A stretch of 64,000 bases of DNA from a virus: positions 1-64,000 of the IMG/VR virus record IMGVR_UViG_3300025131_000014. The stretch is one strand, 5' to 3'. Positions 8,151-17,547 of the stretch are shown piece by piece. A program made the position numbers and the translations under genes. The notes beneath the pieces were generated by a model that saw only the letters and a program-made list of their open reading frames with translations, was not told the origin of the DNA and made no database searches. Within the stretch, counting starts at the first letter, position 1, and each line of letters starts with the position of its first letter.

Positions 8151-9365
8151 ATGGTAGAATTCAAAAAGACCAAGTTTGATCTTGGTACAATGGAGAAAAC
8201 ACTAGAACAAAAAAGGCATTTAAATTCATGGGTACAGAGTGGAGGAACAGGTAGTTGTATTGCTGCAACAGGTCTTGGTAAAACTAGGATCGGATTAATG
8301 GCAATAGAACATGTCTTTAAAGATAAACCTACACGAAGTGCTCTTATTATTGTTCCTAATGAGAACTTAAGAGATAATGAATGGCCCAAAGAGTTTACTA
8401 AATGGAAAATGAAACCTTATCTTAAGGATGTAGAAATAATGTGTATTCATTCAGCTTATAAGCTGGCAAATAATCATTATGATATTGTTGTTGTTGATGA
8501 AGCTCATACTACTCTTTCAGGAGAGTATGGTAAGTTTTATGATAACAATTCTTGGGATAATTTAATGTGCTTAACAGCTACCCCTCCAGAAAATGTAGAA
8601 TATAGGAAGTTTCTAAAAGAAATAGCTCCTGTATGTTCTCAAACTGATCTGAAATCAGCTGTTAGGATGGGACTTGTATCACCTTATATTATTTATAATT
8701 TAGGTGTTTCTTTAACTCCTACAGAAAAAGTAGAGTATGATAGAGTGGATAATTTGTTCAAATTGTGCACAGTAAAATTAGGTGGTCAATGGACTGCATT
8801 TACTAATGCTACTAAGTGGAAGAATTCTTCTGATAGGGAGCAAGCTAAGTGGGCAAATATGTTTTATGCTATGATGCAAAAACGTAAGAAATTATGCTAT
8901 AATGCATCCAGTAAATTAGTGATTACTGATGAAATTTTACGTAAATTTGTAGATAGAAAAGCCCTAGTATTTAGTGAATCAATTGAGTTTGCTCAAAAAC
9001 TCCAAGACAGAATAGGAGATGAATGTGTTACATTTCATTCTAAGATGTCTAAAAAGCAGAGAGAGGAAACTTTACAGAGATTTGGAGACAACAGAACGAA
9101 AGCGAGGGTAATCAGTTCTGTAAAAGCCTTAAATCAAGGTTTAAATGTGCCAGAGTGTTCTCTTGGCATATGTGCAGCTGGAAGTTCTATGAAGTTGGAT
9201 AATATCCAACGAACAGGTAGAACATTAAGGTTGCAAGAAGGGAAGATCTCCTTATATATAAATCTCTTTGTAAAAGGTTCACAAGAAGTCAAGTGGGTTA
9301 GAAAACGTTGTAAAGATGATCCCAATGTACATTGGGTTGACTCATTAGATGATATAGTTGTATGA
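8151..9365 (+). CDS. SF2 DExH helicase (ResIII/UvsW-like)
   Basis: ATGLGKT Walker A, DEAH, TAT motif III, GLNVP, QRTGRTLR motif VI. Confidence 0.92.
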   Translation: MVEFKKTKFDLGTMEKTLEQKRHLNSWVQSGGTGSCIAATGLGKTRIGLMAIEHVFKDKPTRSALIIVPNENLRDNEWPKEFTKWKMKPYLKDVEIMCIHSAYKLANNHYDIVVVDEAHTTLSGEYGKFYDNNSWDNLMCLTATPPENVEYRKFLKEIAPVCSQTDLKSAVRMGLVSPYIIYNLGVSLTPTEKVEYDRVDNLFKLCTVKLGGQWTAFTNATKWKNSSDREQAKWANMFYAMMQKRKKLCYNASSKLVITDEILRKFVDRKALVFSESIEFAQKLQDRIGDECVTFHSKMSKKQREETLQRFGDNRTKARVISSVKALNQGLNVPECSLGICAAGSSMKLDNIQRTGRTLRLQEGKISLYINLFVKGSQEVKWVRKRCKDDPNVHWVDSLDDIVV

Positions 9366-9401
9366 ACTTGAATGTATTTTTAAAAGTGTGTGTGTTTTAA
9401 G

Positions 9402-9438
9402 TATATCTGTCCTGTAATGGGACAGGTATATATTTTTT
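9402..9438 (+). terminator. Intrinsic terminator
   Basis: TATATCTGTCC-TGTAATG-GGACAGGTATA followed by a T-tract. Confidence 0.7.
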
Positions 9439-9460
9439 AATTTTATAAATAGTAAGCCCT

Positions 9461-9667
9461 ATGAGTAAGCAAACTGTCCGAGGACAGCCTGGTAAGTATG
9501 TTATTAAAGCTACAAAAACAGCAAAGCCAAAACTTCCTGAAGATTATCATATTCCGTTAGATCCTGAGAAATTCATTATTGAAGCGGATAAATATGAAGC
9601 AGAAAGAAAGATAGTTAATGAGATTAATCATTACGAATTTAAAGAACAACTGGAAAATAATAAATAA
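9461..9667 (+). CDS. Hypothetical protein
   Basis: ORF track, TAATG coupling. Confidence 0.7.
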   Translation: MSKQTVRGQPGKYVIKATKTAKPKLPEDYHIPLDPEKFIIEADKYEAERKIVNEINHYEFKEQLENNK

Positions 9668-10305
9668 TGATAGCATTTGGAAAACCTTTTATTGAAATGT
9701 TAATAGAGCATAGAATGAATCTTGCCCAATATTTTATCCTGTATAGTTTAGTACATGACAGAACCCTTTTGAAGGAATATCAAAAGGTTGGTAATGTTAT
9801 GGATTGGACTGATTATCAGGCATTACTTAAGCGTCAACATATAGCTTATAATAATGCTGAAGAATATACAGCAACTGATAAAGGAAAAGATTTTATTCAT
9901 GCCCTAGTAGACAATTTTGATGTAGCAAAGGCAAATAATCCCTTCATTGATATTGATGATATGGAGGATTTAATGAACGATGTTCAAGGAAAAGACTTCA
10001 ATGAGTTTCAGAAAGTTTATCCTGTTAAAGTTACACGACCTAATGGTAAGGAAATGTTTCTTAAACAGGGAGCTAAAGACTCTAAAATCACTTATCTTAA
10101 ACTTTTAAAGAAAGGCTATAAAGCTGGAGATATTCTTCGTGCTTTAAAGTATGAACTTAAGATGAGAGATAGTAATGGAGATATGAAATGGATGAAAAGC
10201 ATGAAGAACTGGCTAGGTGAAGAATGTTTTGTTCCATATCTTGAAGATTTGAAATCTAATAATAAGACTGATAATACTGTAGATTATGGAGGAAAGGTTT
10301 TATAA
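9667..10305 (+). CDS. Putative replication initiator/helicase loader-like protein
   Basis: Directly upstream of DnaB; FNEFQKVYP...K..KNWL C-terminal pattern of phage replisome-organizer-like proteins. Confidence 0.55.
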   Translation: MIAFGKPFIEMLIEHRMNLAQYFILYSLVHDRTLLKEYQKVGNVMDWTDYQALLKRQHIAYNNAEEYTATDKGKDFIHALVDNFDVAKANNPFIDIDDMEDLMNDVQGKDFNEFQKVYPVKVTRPNGKEMFLKQGAKDSKITYLKLLKKGYKAGDILRALKYELKMRDSNGDMKWMKSMKNWLGEECFVPYLEDLKSNNKTDNTVDYGGKVL

Positions 10306-11320
10306 CAATCGAGTTTTACAATATAAACATATACAAGATCCTACAAAGGAGCTTATGAGGTATATGGATGATAGAAGGCATGGACTTCAACGATCATTAA
10401 TGACTAGATGGTCTAAATTTAATAACTCTGCGATGGGAGGAATTGATTGGAACACTATCATTACGATAGCTGGTATGTCAGGATGTGGAAAATCATCAAT
10501 TGGAAACGAACTTGAAACAAGTTTATTTGATAAGAATCCTACTGAAAAGTTTTCGGTTCTTAGTTTTAATTTTGAGATGCTTGCTCCAAAGCAAGTAGGA
10601 AGGAAAATTTCTTCCAAAATGAATATGACAGTTCAAGATCTGTACTCGGCGAGAGAAGCTTTAAGTGATGAGCATTACGCTAAAGCCCAAAAACTTGCAA
10701 GGGAAATATCTTCAAAATATGATATATTTTATGTAGATACTCCTGGAACAGTTGAAGAGATGTATAATACTATAATGAAATTCCATAAAGGTCAATTAAC
10801 TAAAAAAGGACTTGGTTATGGAACAGTTATTATGTTAGATCATACTCTTTTAACTAAAGGAAGACAAAGTCAGTCTGAAAGAGAGATATTGGTAAGTTTA
10901 TATAAGATGTGTATGACTGTAAAAAAGCATATCAAATGCATCTTTGTAATATTAAGTCAATTGAATAGGGATATTGAAAGTAATGAACGAGTGAGTAATC
11001 CTCAAGTTCATTATCCTATGAAGAAAGATCTCTTTGGTAGTGACTCAGTATTTCATGGCTCTGATTATGTACTTATATCACATAAACCATGTATGCTGAA
11101 TCTTCAGGTCTATGGACCTAAGAAACTTCCTGTGCTTAATCCACTTAATAAGAACATTGCTATGATCTATTGGCATTTAATTAAAAATAGAGACGGTGAA
11201 GGTGGTCTTATTATGAGTATGGTGGATAATTTAAAGTACAACAGGGTCGATGAGTATTTTGTCCCTGGTGAATTACAATTTGTTAATAAAGAAAAAGAAC
11301 GACTAAATGGACAAGAATAA
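10286..11320 (+). CDS. dnaB: DnaB-like replicative helicase
   Basis: AGMSGCGKS Walker A, FEM, MLDH, LSQLNR, KNRDG. Confidence 0.92.
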   Translation: MEERFYNNRVLQYKHIQDPTKELMRYMDDRRHGLQRSLMTRWSKFNNSAMGGIDWNTIITIAGMSGCGKSSIGNELETSLFDKNPTEKFSVLSFNFEMLAPKQVGRKISSKMNMTVQDLYSAREALSDEHYAKAQKLAREISSKYDIFYVDTPGTVEEMYNTIMKFHKGQLTKKGLGYGTVIMLDHTLLTKGRQSQSEREILVSLYKMCMTVKKHIKCIFVILSQLNRDIESNERVSNPQVHYPMKKDLFGSDSVFHGSDYVLISHKPCMLNLQVYGPKKLPVLNPLNKNIAMIYWHLIKNRDGEGGLIMSMVDNLKYNRVDEYFVPGELQFVNKEKERLNGQE

Positions 11321-11915
11321 ATTAGCTGTAAAAGAAGAAAGAGTAGCTAAATTCAATGACTTCAATGATATTGGAGATATGATGGGTTTTGCTGAAACTC
11401 TTATTAAAAGTAAAATGTTACCGCCAGCCTATAATACACCTGAAAAGGTAGTTGCAGCTGTAACTCAAGGAAAAGAATTAGGATTTGATCCTATGACTTC
11501 TCTTAGTAATCTGCATGTCATTCAAGGCAAGCCTACATTATCAGTTCATGCAATAGCTGCACTTTTAGCAAGAGCAGGAATTGTATGGAAGATAGTAAAG
11601 GATTGTGAAAGTATTGAAAAGGATGGTAAAGTAGTAGACAAGATAACTACTATACGTTTCCTTAAGAAATGGCATGGAGAAACTATCGAAAATGATATTA
11701 GCTTTACGTGGAAAGAGGCCCAAGCACAAGGACTCACGGTTAAAGATAATTGGAAAAGAATGCCTCAAATCATGTTGAGGAACCGAGCTTTAGCGATAGG
11801 AGCTCGATTTGTTGCCCCTGATGCATTATTGGGTATCTATGAAACTACTGAAATGGCTGAAGTTATGAAGGTAGAGCATACTGTAGATGCGGAAGGAGCT
11901 GTTGTAATTAATTAA
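11307..11915 (+). CDS. RecT-like single-strand annealing protein
   Basis: GKELGFDPM..L..LHVIQGKP, NWKRMPQIMLRNRA, GIYETTEM. Confidence 0.75.
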   Translation: MDKNKLAVKEERVAKFNDFNDIGDMMGFAETLIKSKMLPPAYNTPEKVVAAVTQGKELGFDPMTSLSNLHVIQGKPTLSVHAIAALLARAGIVWKIVKDCESIEKDGKVVDKITTIRFLKKWHGETIENDISFTWKEAQAQGLTVKDNWKRMPQIMLRNRALAIGARFVAPDALLGIYETTEMAEVMKVEHTVDAEGAVVIN

Positions 11916-11934
11916 TCATTATAAAACTTATTAA

Positions 11935-12483
11935 ATGAAACTATTAGGTAAACGAGTAGAAAGAGGGAATGCCCATGGTAATTCTCTTTGTTTGACCATA
12001 CAGGAGACTGGTCATATAAAATTATCTCCTGCATTAGTATCCGCATTAGGTATAAAAGCTGGTGTAGTAGGTGCTAATAAAATTGGTTTTGCTTATTCTG
12101 AGGCAGGTGAAGCTGTTCAATGTTGTATTTATGCAGCTATTGATGGTGATGGCGTGTCTGTGAATAAACAAGGAAGGTTATTTAATATGCCTCACAATAG
12201 GGATATTAGAAACTTATTAGGATTTCCTTTAACAGAGGAACATGTTATAATGGTAGATCCTGAAGCAATTACTGATGCTTTTGAAGGCTACCAGTTATTT
12301 GAATTGGATAACAATTCAGCAAATGATGAAGTAGCAATAGTGCAAGATGATGCTCAGCAATTTGTAGCTGGTACTGATGAAGAATTAGAAAAAGAGGTGG
12401 AAGTAGTTGCACCTGAATTTAAACCTCAACCTGTCGTAGATGGAATAGCCCAAGACGATGAGGAGGAACTTGACATGTTTTAA
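11935..12483 (+). CDS. Hypothetical protein with acidic tail
   Basis: Ends DDEEELDMF; lies in the replication module. Confidence 0.75.
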   Translation: MKLLGKRVERGNAHGNSLCLTIQETGHIKLSPALVSALGIKAGVVGANKIGFAYSEAGEAVQCCIYAAIDGDGVSVNKQGRLFNMPHNRDIRNLLGFPLTEEHVIMVDPEAITDAFEGYQLFELDNNSANDEVAIVQDDAQQFVAGTDEELEKEVEVVAPEFKPQPVVDGIAQDDEEELDMF

Positions 12484-12513
12484 TATTAATTAACTTTAAA
12501 AATTTTAAAAATT

Positions 12514-13110
12514 ATGAATTATTCAATTAATCAAAATACCGTAGTCCAAGAAGGAAATGGTTCAAGCATTATTCCTATTGGTATTAATGAAGATTGTCAC
12601 TTAACTGGATGGGAAGTGAAAGAAGCTAGTAATGGTAGTACTTATCTTTGGTTTGGATTTACAGATTCTAAGAAAGCTACATTAAGCCATACTGAATGGG
12701 ATGTAGATCCTGATAGAGTAACACCTAAAGCAGGTGAAACTCAGGAAGAAGCTTCTGATCGTAAGCTTAGTAATCTTCTTCAAAGGATTAAACATATTTG
12801 TACTAAATTTGTTGATCCTAATAATTTTGTTATTACTGCAACAGATTGGAAGTCTTTATGTGAATCTGTATGTAAAACTTTAGATGTTCATAAAGATCAA
12901 GTTATTGCTACAGCTGTACGACTAAAGGTAACTTATTCTTGGAATGACTATGCGTCTCTTCCAAATTATTGTCCTTTTGTTGAGTGTATAGATGATGTGC
13001 CTTTAGCTGAGTCTAAATTAAAGATGAATAACATTGATAAGTTAGAAAAAGCTTCATCATTGGCAACAGCAGAAGTAGAAGGTAGTGATGATACTGCCTT
13101 ACCATTTTAG
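12514..13110 (+). CDS. Putative ssDNA-binding protein
   Basis: SSB-like C-terminal DDTALPF; located between the SSAP and the primase. Confidence 0.65.
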   Translation: MNYSINQNTVVQEGNGSSIIPIGINEDCHLTGWEVKEASNGSTYLWFGFTDSKKATLSHTEWDVDPDRVTPKAGETQEEASDRKLSNLLQRIKHICTKFVDPNNFVITATDWKSLCESVCKTLDVHKDQVIATAVRLKVTYSWNDYASLPNYCPFVECIDDVPLAESKLKMNNIDKLEKASSLATAEVEGSDDTALPF

Positions 13111-13130
13111 ATTTTAGGTTGTTAATAAGT

Positions 13131-13230
13131 TAAGGAACAAAGATAATTTGTCATCACGGGCATTGCTGGCACCATTAGCTAAAGTGTCGTAATGGTTTAG
13201 GTTGATAGATATATCTTTTTCCTTATCTTT
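13131..13230 (+). ncRNA. Intergenic hairpin RNA/leader with a segment antisense to the RNAP gene
   Basis: Stem TAAGGAA-C-AAAGATA-ATTTGTCA / TGATAGAT-ATATCTTT-TTCCTTA; the enclosed 13171-13200 matches 39319-39348 at 28/30. Confidence 0.6.
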
Positions 13231-13241
13231 ATTACAAAGTT

Positions 13242-14282
13242 ATGGGTAAATATGATTTTAATAACATAAAAGAGTTTGTACCAATAACTAAAGTTAATAT
13301 CCTAAATGCTATTTCTCCAGAAGAGATTTTTAGACATTACCTTGGTTTTGATTTTGCATGTAAGAAGTTATATCTGAGTCCTTTGAGGGATGATAAGAAG
13401 CCTACATTTGGGCTTTATTATAATTCCAGAGGAGAACTTTGTTATAAAGACTTTAATGGCAGTCAAGGTAGTTGTTTTGATCTTGTTATGAATATGTATC
13501 GAGTGGGTTTTTATGAAGGGCTTCAAATTATTAATAGAGATTTTTCTCTGGGATTTGGAAGTTTTGCAGAAAGAAAAGGAAATGTATATACAATTTTAGC
13601 TAAACGTGAAAAGTTAGATTATACTGAGTTTAAAGAAAAGTTTAAGAGTAAGAATACTTTAATACAATTCAAGCCTCAGTTATTTACTTCTCATGATATA
13701 GGCTATTGGATGCAATACGGTGTCACTAAAGACACTTTAGTTAAATTCAATATCTATTCAGCTAAGTATGTATTTCTTCGTAAACAATTGGTTATGTATT
13801 ATAATAGACATTGTCCTGTTTATTGTTATGTTTTTCCTAATAATAGAGTAAAGGTGTATAGACCATTAGCTTTTAAATTTAAATGGTTGTCTAATACTAC
13901 ATCCGATACTATTCAAGGGAGATTACCATGGTTTAAAGAGGAAAATGAACTAATCATTACTAAATCGATGAAAGATGTAATGTGTTTATATGAAATGGGT
14001 TATAAAGCTGTTGCTCCACAAGGAGAAACACAACATTTGAGTGAGGCGATCATAGAAGATTTTTTTGTAAAATTCAAGAAAATTTATATATTGTTTGATA
14101 ATGATGATGCAGGTACTAGAGGAGCAGCTAATTTATATAGTCAATTATCACCTTATTATAATAAAGATAATTTGATTAATGTAGTAGTTCCATTGGAGAC
14201 TGAATGTAAGGATATTAGTGATTTCTACGCTATGTATGGAAAAGAGGAAACTCTTAATCTTTTAACACGTAAAATCAAATAA
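13242..14282 (+). CDS. dnaG: DnaG-type primase
   Basis: N-terminal SPLRDDKKP degenerate Zn-ribbon; TOPRIM motifs IITKSMKDVM and LFDNDDAG. Confidence 0.9.
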   Translation: MGKYDFNNIKEFVPITKVNILNAISPEEIFRHYLGFDFACKKLYLSPLRDDKKPTFGLYYNSRGELCYKDFNGSQGSCFDLVMNMYRVGFYEGLQIINRDFSLGFGSFAERKGNVYTILAKREKLDYTEFKEKFKSKNTLIQFKPQLFTSHDIGYWMQYGVTKDTLVKFNIYSAKYVFLRKQLVMYYNRHCPVYCYVFPNNRVKVYRPLAFKFKWLSNTTSDTIQGRLPWFKEENELIITKSMKDVMCLYEMGYKAVAPQGETQHLSEAIIEDFFVKFKKIYILFDNDDAGTRGAANLYSQLSPYYNKDNLINVVVPLETECKDISDFYAMYGKEETLNLLTRKIK

Positions 14283-14283
14283 T

Positions 14284-14904
14284 ATGAAAGAATGGACAGT
14301 TGAAATTTCTGACTATACTGATAAAGTACCTTTATCTTTTAAAAGAAGGGCTAAGTATATTCAAAAGGATAAGCATCCTTTGAGTAAACGTAACCAAACT
14401 AATATAGATGCGGGTCGTTATAAATGGAGTGCAGATAATGTTTTAATAGATGAGCAGGGAAATAGGCTTTTAGCTAATCCACGATCAGCAGGTACACCTA
14501 AGTATTGGACTATTAATGGTCAAAGGTTGTATGATGGAACATTACATTATACAGCACGATCAAAGGTAACAAGATGGGTACATGAATATTTATCTAAGTA
14601 TGTCAAAAGACTACCTAAGATAGTTATTCCTAAGAATCATTATGTACATGTATGTCTTGATTTGCATAGACCTATTGGAGAAGCGAATTGGGATTTGGAT
14701 AATCTATGGCCATGGACAAAGTGGTTTATGGATACTTTAGTTGAGTATAAAAAGATTCCAGATGATAGCATAAACTACGTAAGAAGCGTAGGCCAAGTAA
14801 ATTATGTTGAATCGGATGACAGAAAATTAATTTTTAAAATAAAGCTTACAAAATATGAAAGTAATGGAGTCAATACCACAGCCGAAAACGCTGTTGAATC
14901 ATAG
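14284..14904 (+). CDS. RusA-like Holliday junction resolvase/nuclease
   Basis: DLDN...K..MD.L.....IPDD motif. Confidence 0.7.
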   Translation: MKEWTVEISDYTDKVPLSFKRRAKYIQKDKHPLSKRNQTNIDAGRYKWSADNVLIDEQGNRLLANPRSAGTPKYWTINGQRLYDGTLHYTARSKVTRWVHEYLSKYVKRLPKIVIPKNHYVHVCLDLHRPIGEANWDLDNLWPWTKWFMDTLVEYKKIPDDSINYVRSVGQVNYVESDDRKLIFKIKLTKYESNGVNTTAENAVES

Positions 14905-15934
14905 AATAAGTATAAGCGGGCTAAATCTTCTTGCCTGGAATCCTATTGATTATAAAAGAAGAATTGAAGATCCCGAGCAGATTGATGCTCGGCACTTCAG
15001 AATAGGATCTGCGGTAGATTATATTCTGACTGGAAGCGAAAGCTTCTATAATAGGTACAGGCTTGTTAATCATACAAGACCTGCGGGAATGATGGGAGAT
15101 TTTGTAGATCATTTGCTAGAATTAGTAAAGGATAAAGATACTACAAATATTCCTGTAGCTGATTGGGAAATCATGCTTTTAGATGCACATGTTCGAGCTG
15201 GGTATAAGACTAAAGCAGAAACTGTCATCAAGAACTTTGAAACTAAACCTGAAATTCAGGGTTATTTTAATGAGCAATTGGAAGCAGATGAAAGATTACC
15301 TATTTCTGCTGAAGAAGATCAGATTGTATCACGGATAGTAGAATCTCTTCAACAAGGCGATGCTACTAAGAAATGGATTGTAGAAATGTCTACTGATCCT
15401 AATATTGATACATATGATCAACTTGAAATAGAGTGGAAGTATCGTGGATATAATGCTGTATCTCATTTAGATAAGGTATTAGTAAATCATATTACAAAAA
15501 TGATACATCCTATGGATTTGAAAACAACAGGTAAATCTGCGTATTCTTTTCCTCAAAGTGTACTTAAATATGGGTATTTCAGACAAGCGGCTTTCTATAT
15601 GAGAGCTTTAGAAAGTTGGAAGCTAAAAGACAAAAGAATTAAAGACTATAAAATAGATAGTTTTAGGTTTATTGTAGCTGAAACTGCTTGTTATACTCCG
15701 CCGTTAGTATATAAATGTACTGATAATGATATAGTTGTAGGCTTACATGGAGGATATCTTCATGGAAGTAATAGGTATATTAAAGGAGTGAATGATCTTA
15801 TTTCTGATCTTAAATGGCATCAACATCATAATAAATGGAACATGCGTAAAGAGGTTGCATTAACAAAAGTAGATGGTGTAGAGTTAAATATGTTCTCTGA
15901 TCGTGATATTTATGTTAATCAAGAAGATAAATAG
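14855..15934 (+). CDS. PD-(D/E)XK exonuclease (RecE/ExoVIII-like)
   Basis: IGSAVD, LD, DLKTTG, YFRQAAFY. Confidence 0.85.
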   Translation: MKVMESIPQPKTLLNHRISISGLNLLAWNPIDYKRRIEDPEQIDARHFRIGSAVDYILTGSESFYNRYRLVNHTRPAGMMGDFVDHLLELVKDKDTTNIPVADWEIMLLDAHVRAGYKTKAETVIKNFETKPEIQGYFNEQLEADERLPISAEEDQIVSRIVESLQQGDATKKWIVEMSTDPNIDTYDQLEIEWKYRGYNAVSHLDKVLVNHITKMIHPMDLKTTGKSAYSFPQSVLKYGYFRQAAFYMRALESWKLKDKRIKDYKIDSFRFIVAETACYTPPLVYKCTDNDIVVGLHGGYLHGSNRYIKGVNDLISDLKWHQHHNKWNMRKEVALTKVDGVELNMFSDRDIYVNQEDK

Positions 15935-15937
15935 GTT

Positions 15938-16480
15938 ATGGCTGATGATTTGAACAACTGGACAAAATCCACATTATTTCTTCTTCCTATGATAGAAGAT
16001 GTACTGGGGCCTTATTATAAGTCTTATGGATTTCAAAATGTTTACCTTAGTGATCATCAATATGAGACCATTCATGAAAATTGTTTGTATGTATTATATA
16101 AACCTAGATTTACCCAAGCATATATAGCATATGAAACTAAATTAGAAGAACACGTTTTATGTACTGATATATATGATGTGGGTGATAAGCGAGGACGGGT
16201 TATGTTTGTATTTAAAATTCCTAGTAAATTTAAAAATGACTTTTTACTTTTTAAGACTGGAAAGTATTCTAAATTCAGTAAAGAATATAAAAGTCTGTTT
16301 AAAAAAGGTTCTAATATCCATAAAGTTGTATGGAGAAGTTTAGAATTAAAAAGTTATTGGGAAAAACGATTGAATACAAAATTGCCTAAAGAGAATGAAG
16401 TATGGGATCTGCCGTATCCAAAAGATGAGATTTATAGGTATGATAGGGAAGTACACCAAGTGCTTAAAAAGCAAGATTAA
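15938..16480 (+). CDS. Conserved crAss-like hypothetical protein
   Basis: TKSTLFLLPM...GKYSKFS pattern; follows the nuclease gene. Confidence 0.75.
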   Translation: MADDLNNWTKSTLFLLPMIEDVLGPYYKSYGFQNVYLSDHQYETIHENCLYVLYKPRFTQAYIAYETKLEEHVLCTDIYDVGDKRGRVMFVFKIPSKFKNDFLLFKTGKYSKFSKEYKSLFKKGSNIHKVVWRSLELKSYWEKRLNTKLPKENEVWDLPYPKDEIYRYDREVHQVLKKQD

Positions 16481-16506
16481 TTAATTAACATTTTAAAACT
16501 ATTTAA

Positions 16507-17547
16507 ATGCAAGAGAGAATTGTAAAAACCAAAATGTATGGCAAAGATGAAATCTTTAAAGTACTAGCTTTAGGAGAAGCTTTAAAACTTCCTGTATTAT
16601 TATTAGGCCCTCCAGGTGTTGGTAAAACCCAAGCTTTGTTGGACTATGCAACTGCCATTTATGGTGATAAAGAAGAAGCTTTACAAAAGAGCTTTATAAT
16701 TGAATTGGACGAAGGAACTAAAACTTCTGAAGTTAAAGGTAGAGTAAATATGAAGACTCTTCTGGAAGATAAGAAATATGAAGTAGAGGCTCCTATAGCT
16801 GATGCTGAATATATTTTATTAAATGAAGTTGATAAATGTAATTCTGGAATCAGAAATACTATGTTGTCATTAATGAGGGAAAAAACTCTTTTCTTTGGAG
16901 ATAAAGTAATTCCATGTAAATGGAAAGTTTTAGCTGCAAGTTGTAATGAGATTCCTGATGATGAATCAGATAGTCCTTTTTGGGATAGATTTGTGCTTAC
17001 CTATAAGGTAGAACGTGTTGGTATAGATGGTATTGTTAACTATTGGAAAGATATGAAGATGAAAGATGTGAGTATTAATATTCCTTCAGGTAGAGAAATT
17101 ATAGGAACTCAAATTCATAAATCTAAAGTAGAAACCATGTTAAATGTTGTCTATGATGCTACTTCTGATAGAACTGCTTCTTATTTACCGACTGTTGCTA
17201 AAGCAGTTAAAGCAATATATGGTTTAGAAGATGTTGAAGCTCTTATGAAGACATGCGAATTTGTATGTCCTACTAAAGTAGCTGATCTTTCTGGTAAACT
17301 AGAGACTGCACGGGTTGCATCTTTAAGAAGTCAAATTAAATCTTTAGGTACTGTTATAAATGGTAATGATAAGTCTTATGCTCAAATGTATTTAACTCAG
17401 TTAATTACAGATATCAAAGAATTAGGTGAAATGACTACCTATAAAAAGAAATCTGGTGAATTAATGGTTGAATTACAGGACTATATAGGTGAAAACTATG
17501 CAGGAACAGAGCATGAAGAAATTTTTGATAAAGAAAATACTGAATAA
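16507..17547 (+). CDS. MoxR/RavA-type AAA+ ATPase
   Basis: LLLGPPGVGKT, LLNEVDK, ASCNE, FWDRF. Confidence 0.88.
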   Translation: MQERIVKTKMYGKDEIFKVLALGEALKLPVLLLGPPGVGKTQALLDYATAIYGDKEEALQKSFIIELDEGTKTSEVKGRVNMKTLLEDKKYEVEAPIADAEYILLNEVDKCNSGIRNTMLSLMREKTLFFGDKVIPCKWKVLAASCNEIPDDESDSPFWDRFVLTYKVERVGIDGIVNYWKDMKMKDVSINIPSGREIIGTQIHKSKVETMLNVVYDATSDRTASYLPTVAKAVKAIYGLEDVEALMKTCEFVCPTKVADLSGKLETARVASLRSQIKSLGTVINGNDKSYAQMYLTQLITDIKELGEMTTYKKKSGELMVELQDYIGENYAGTEHEEIFDKENTE

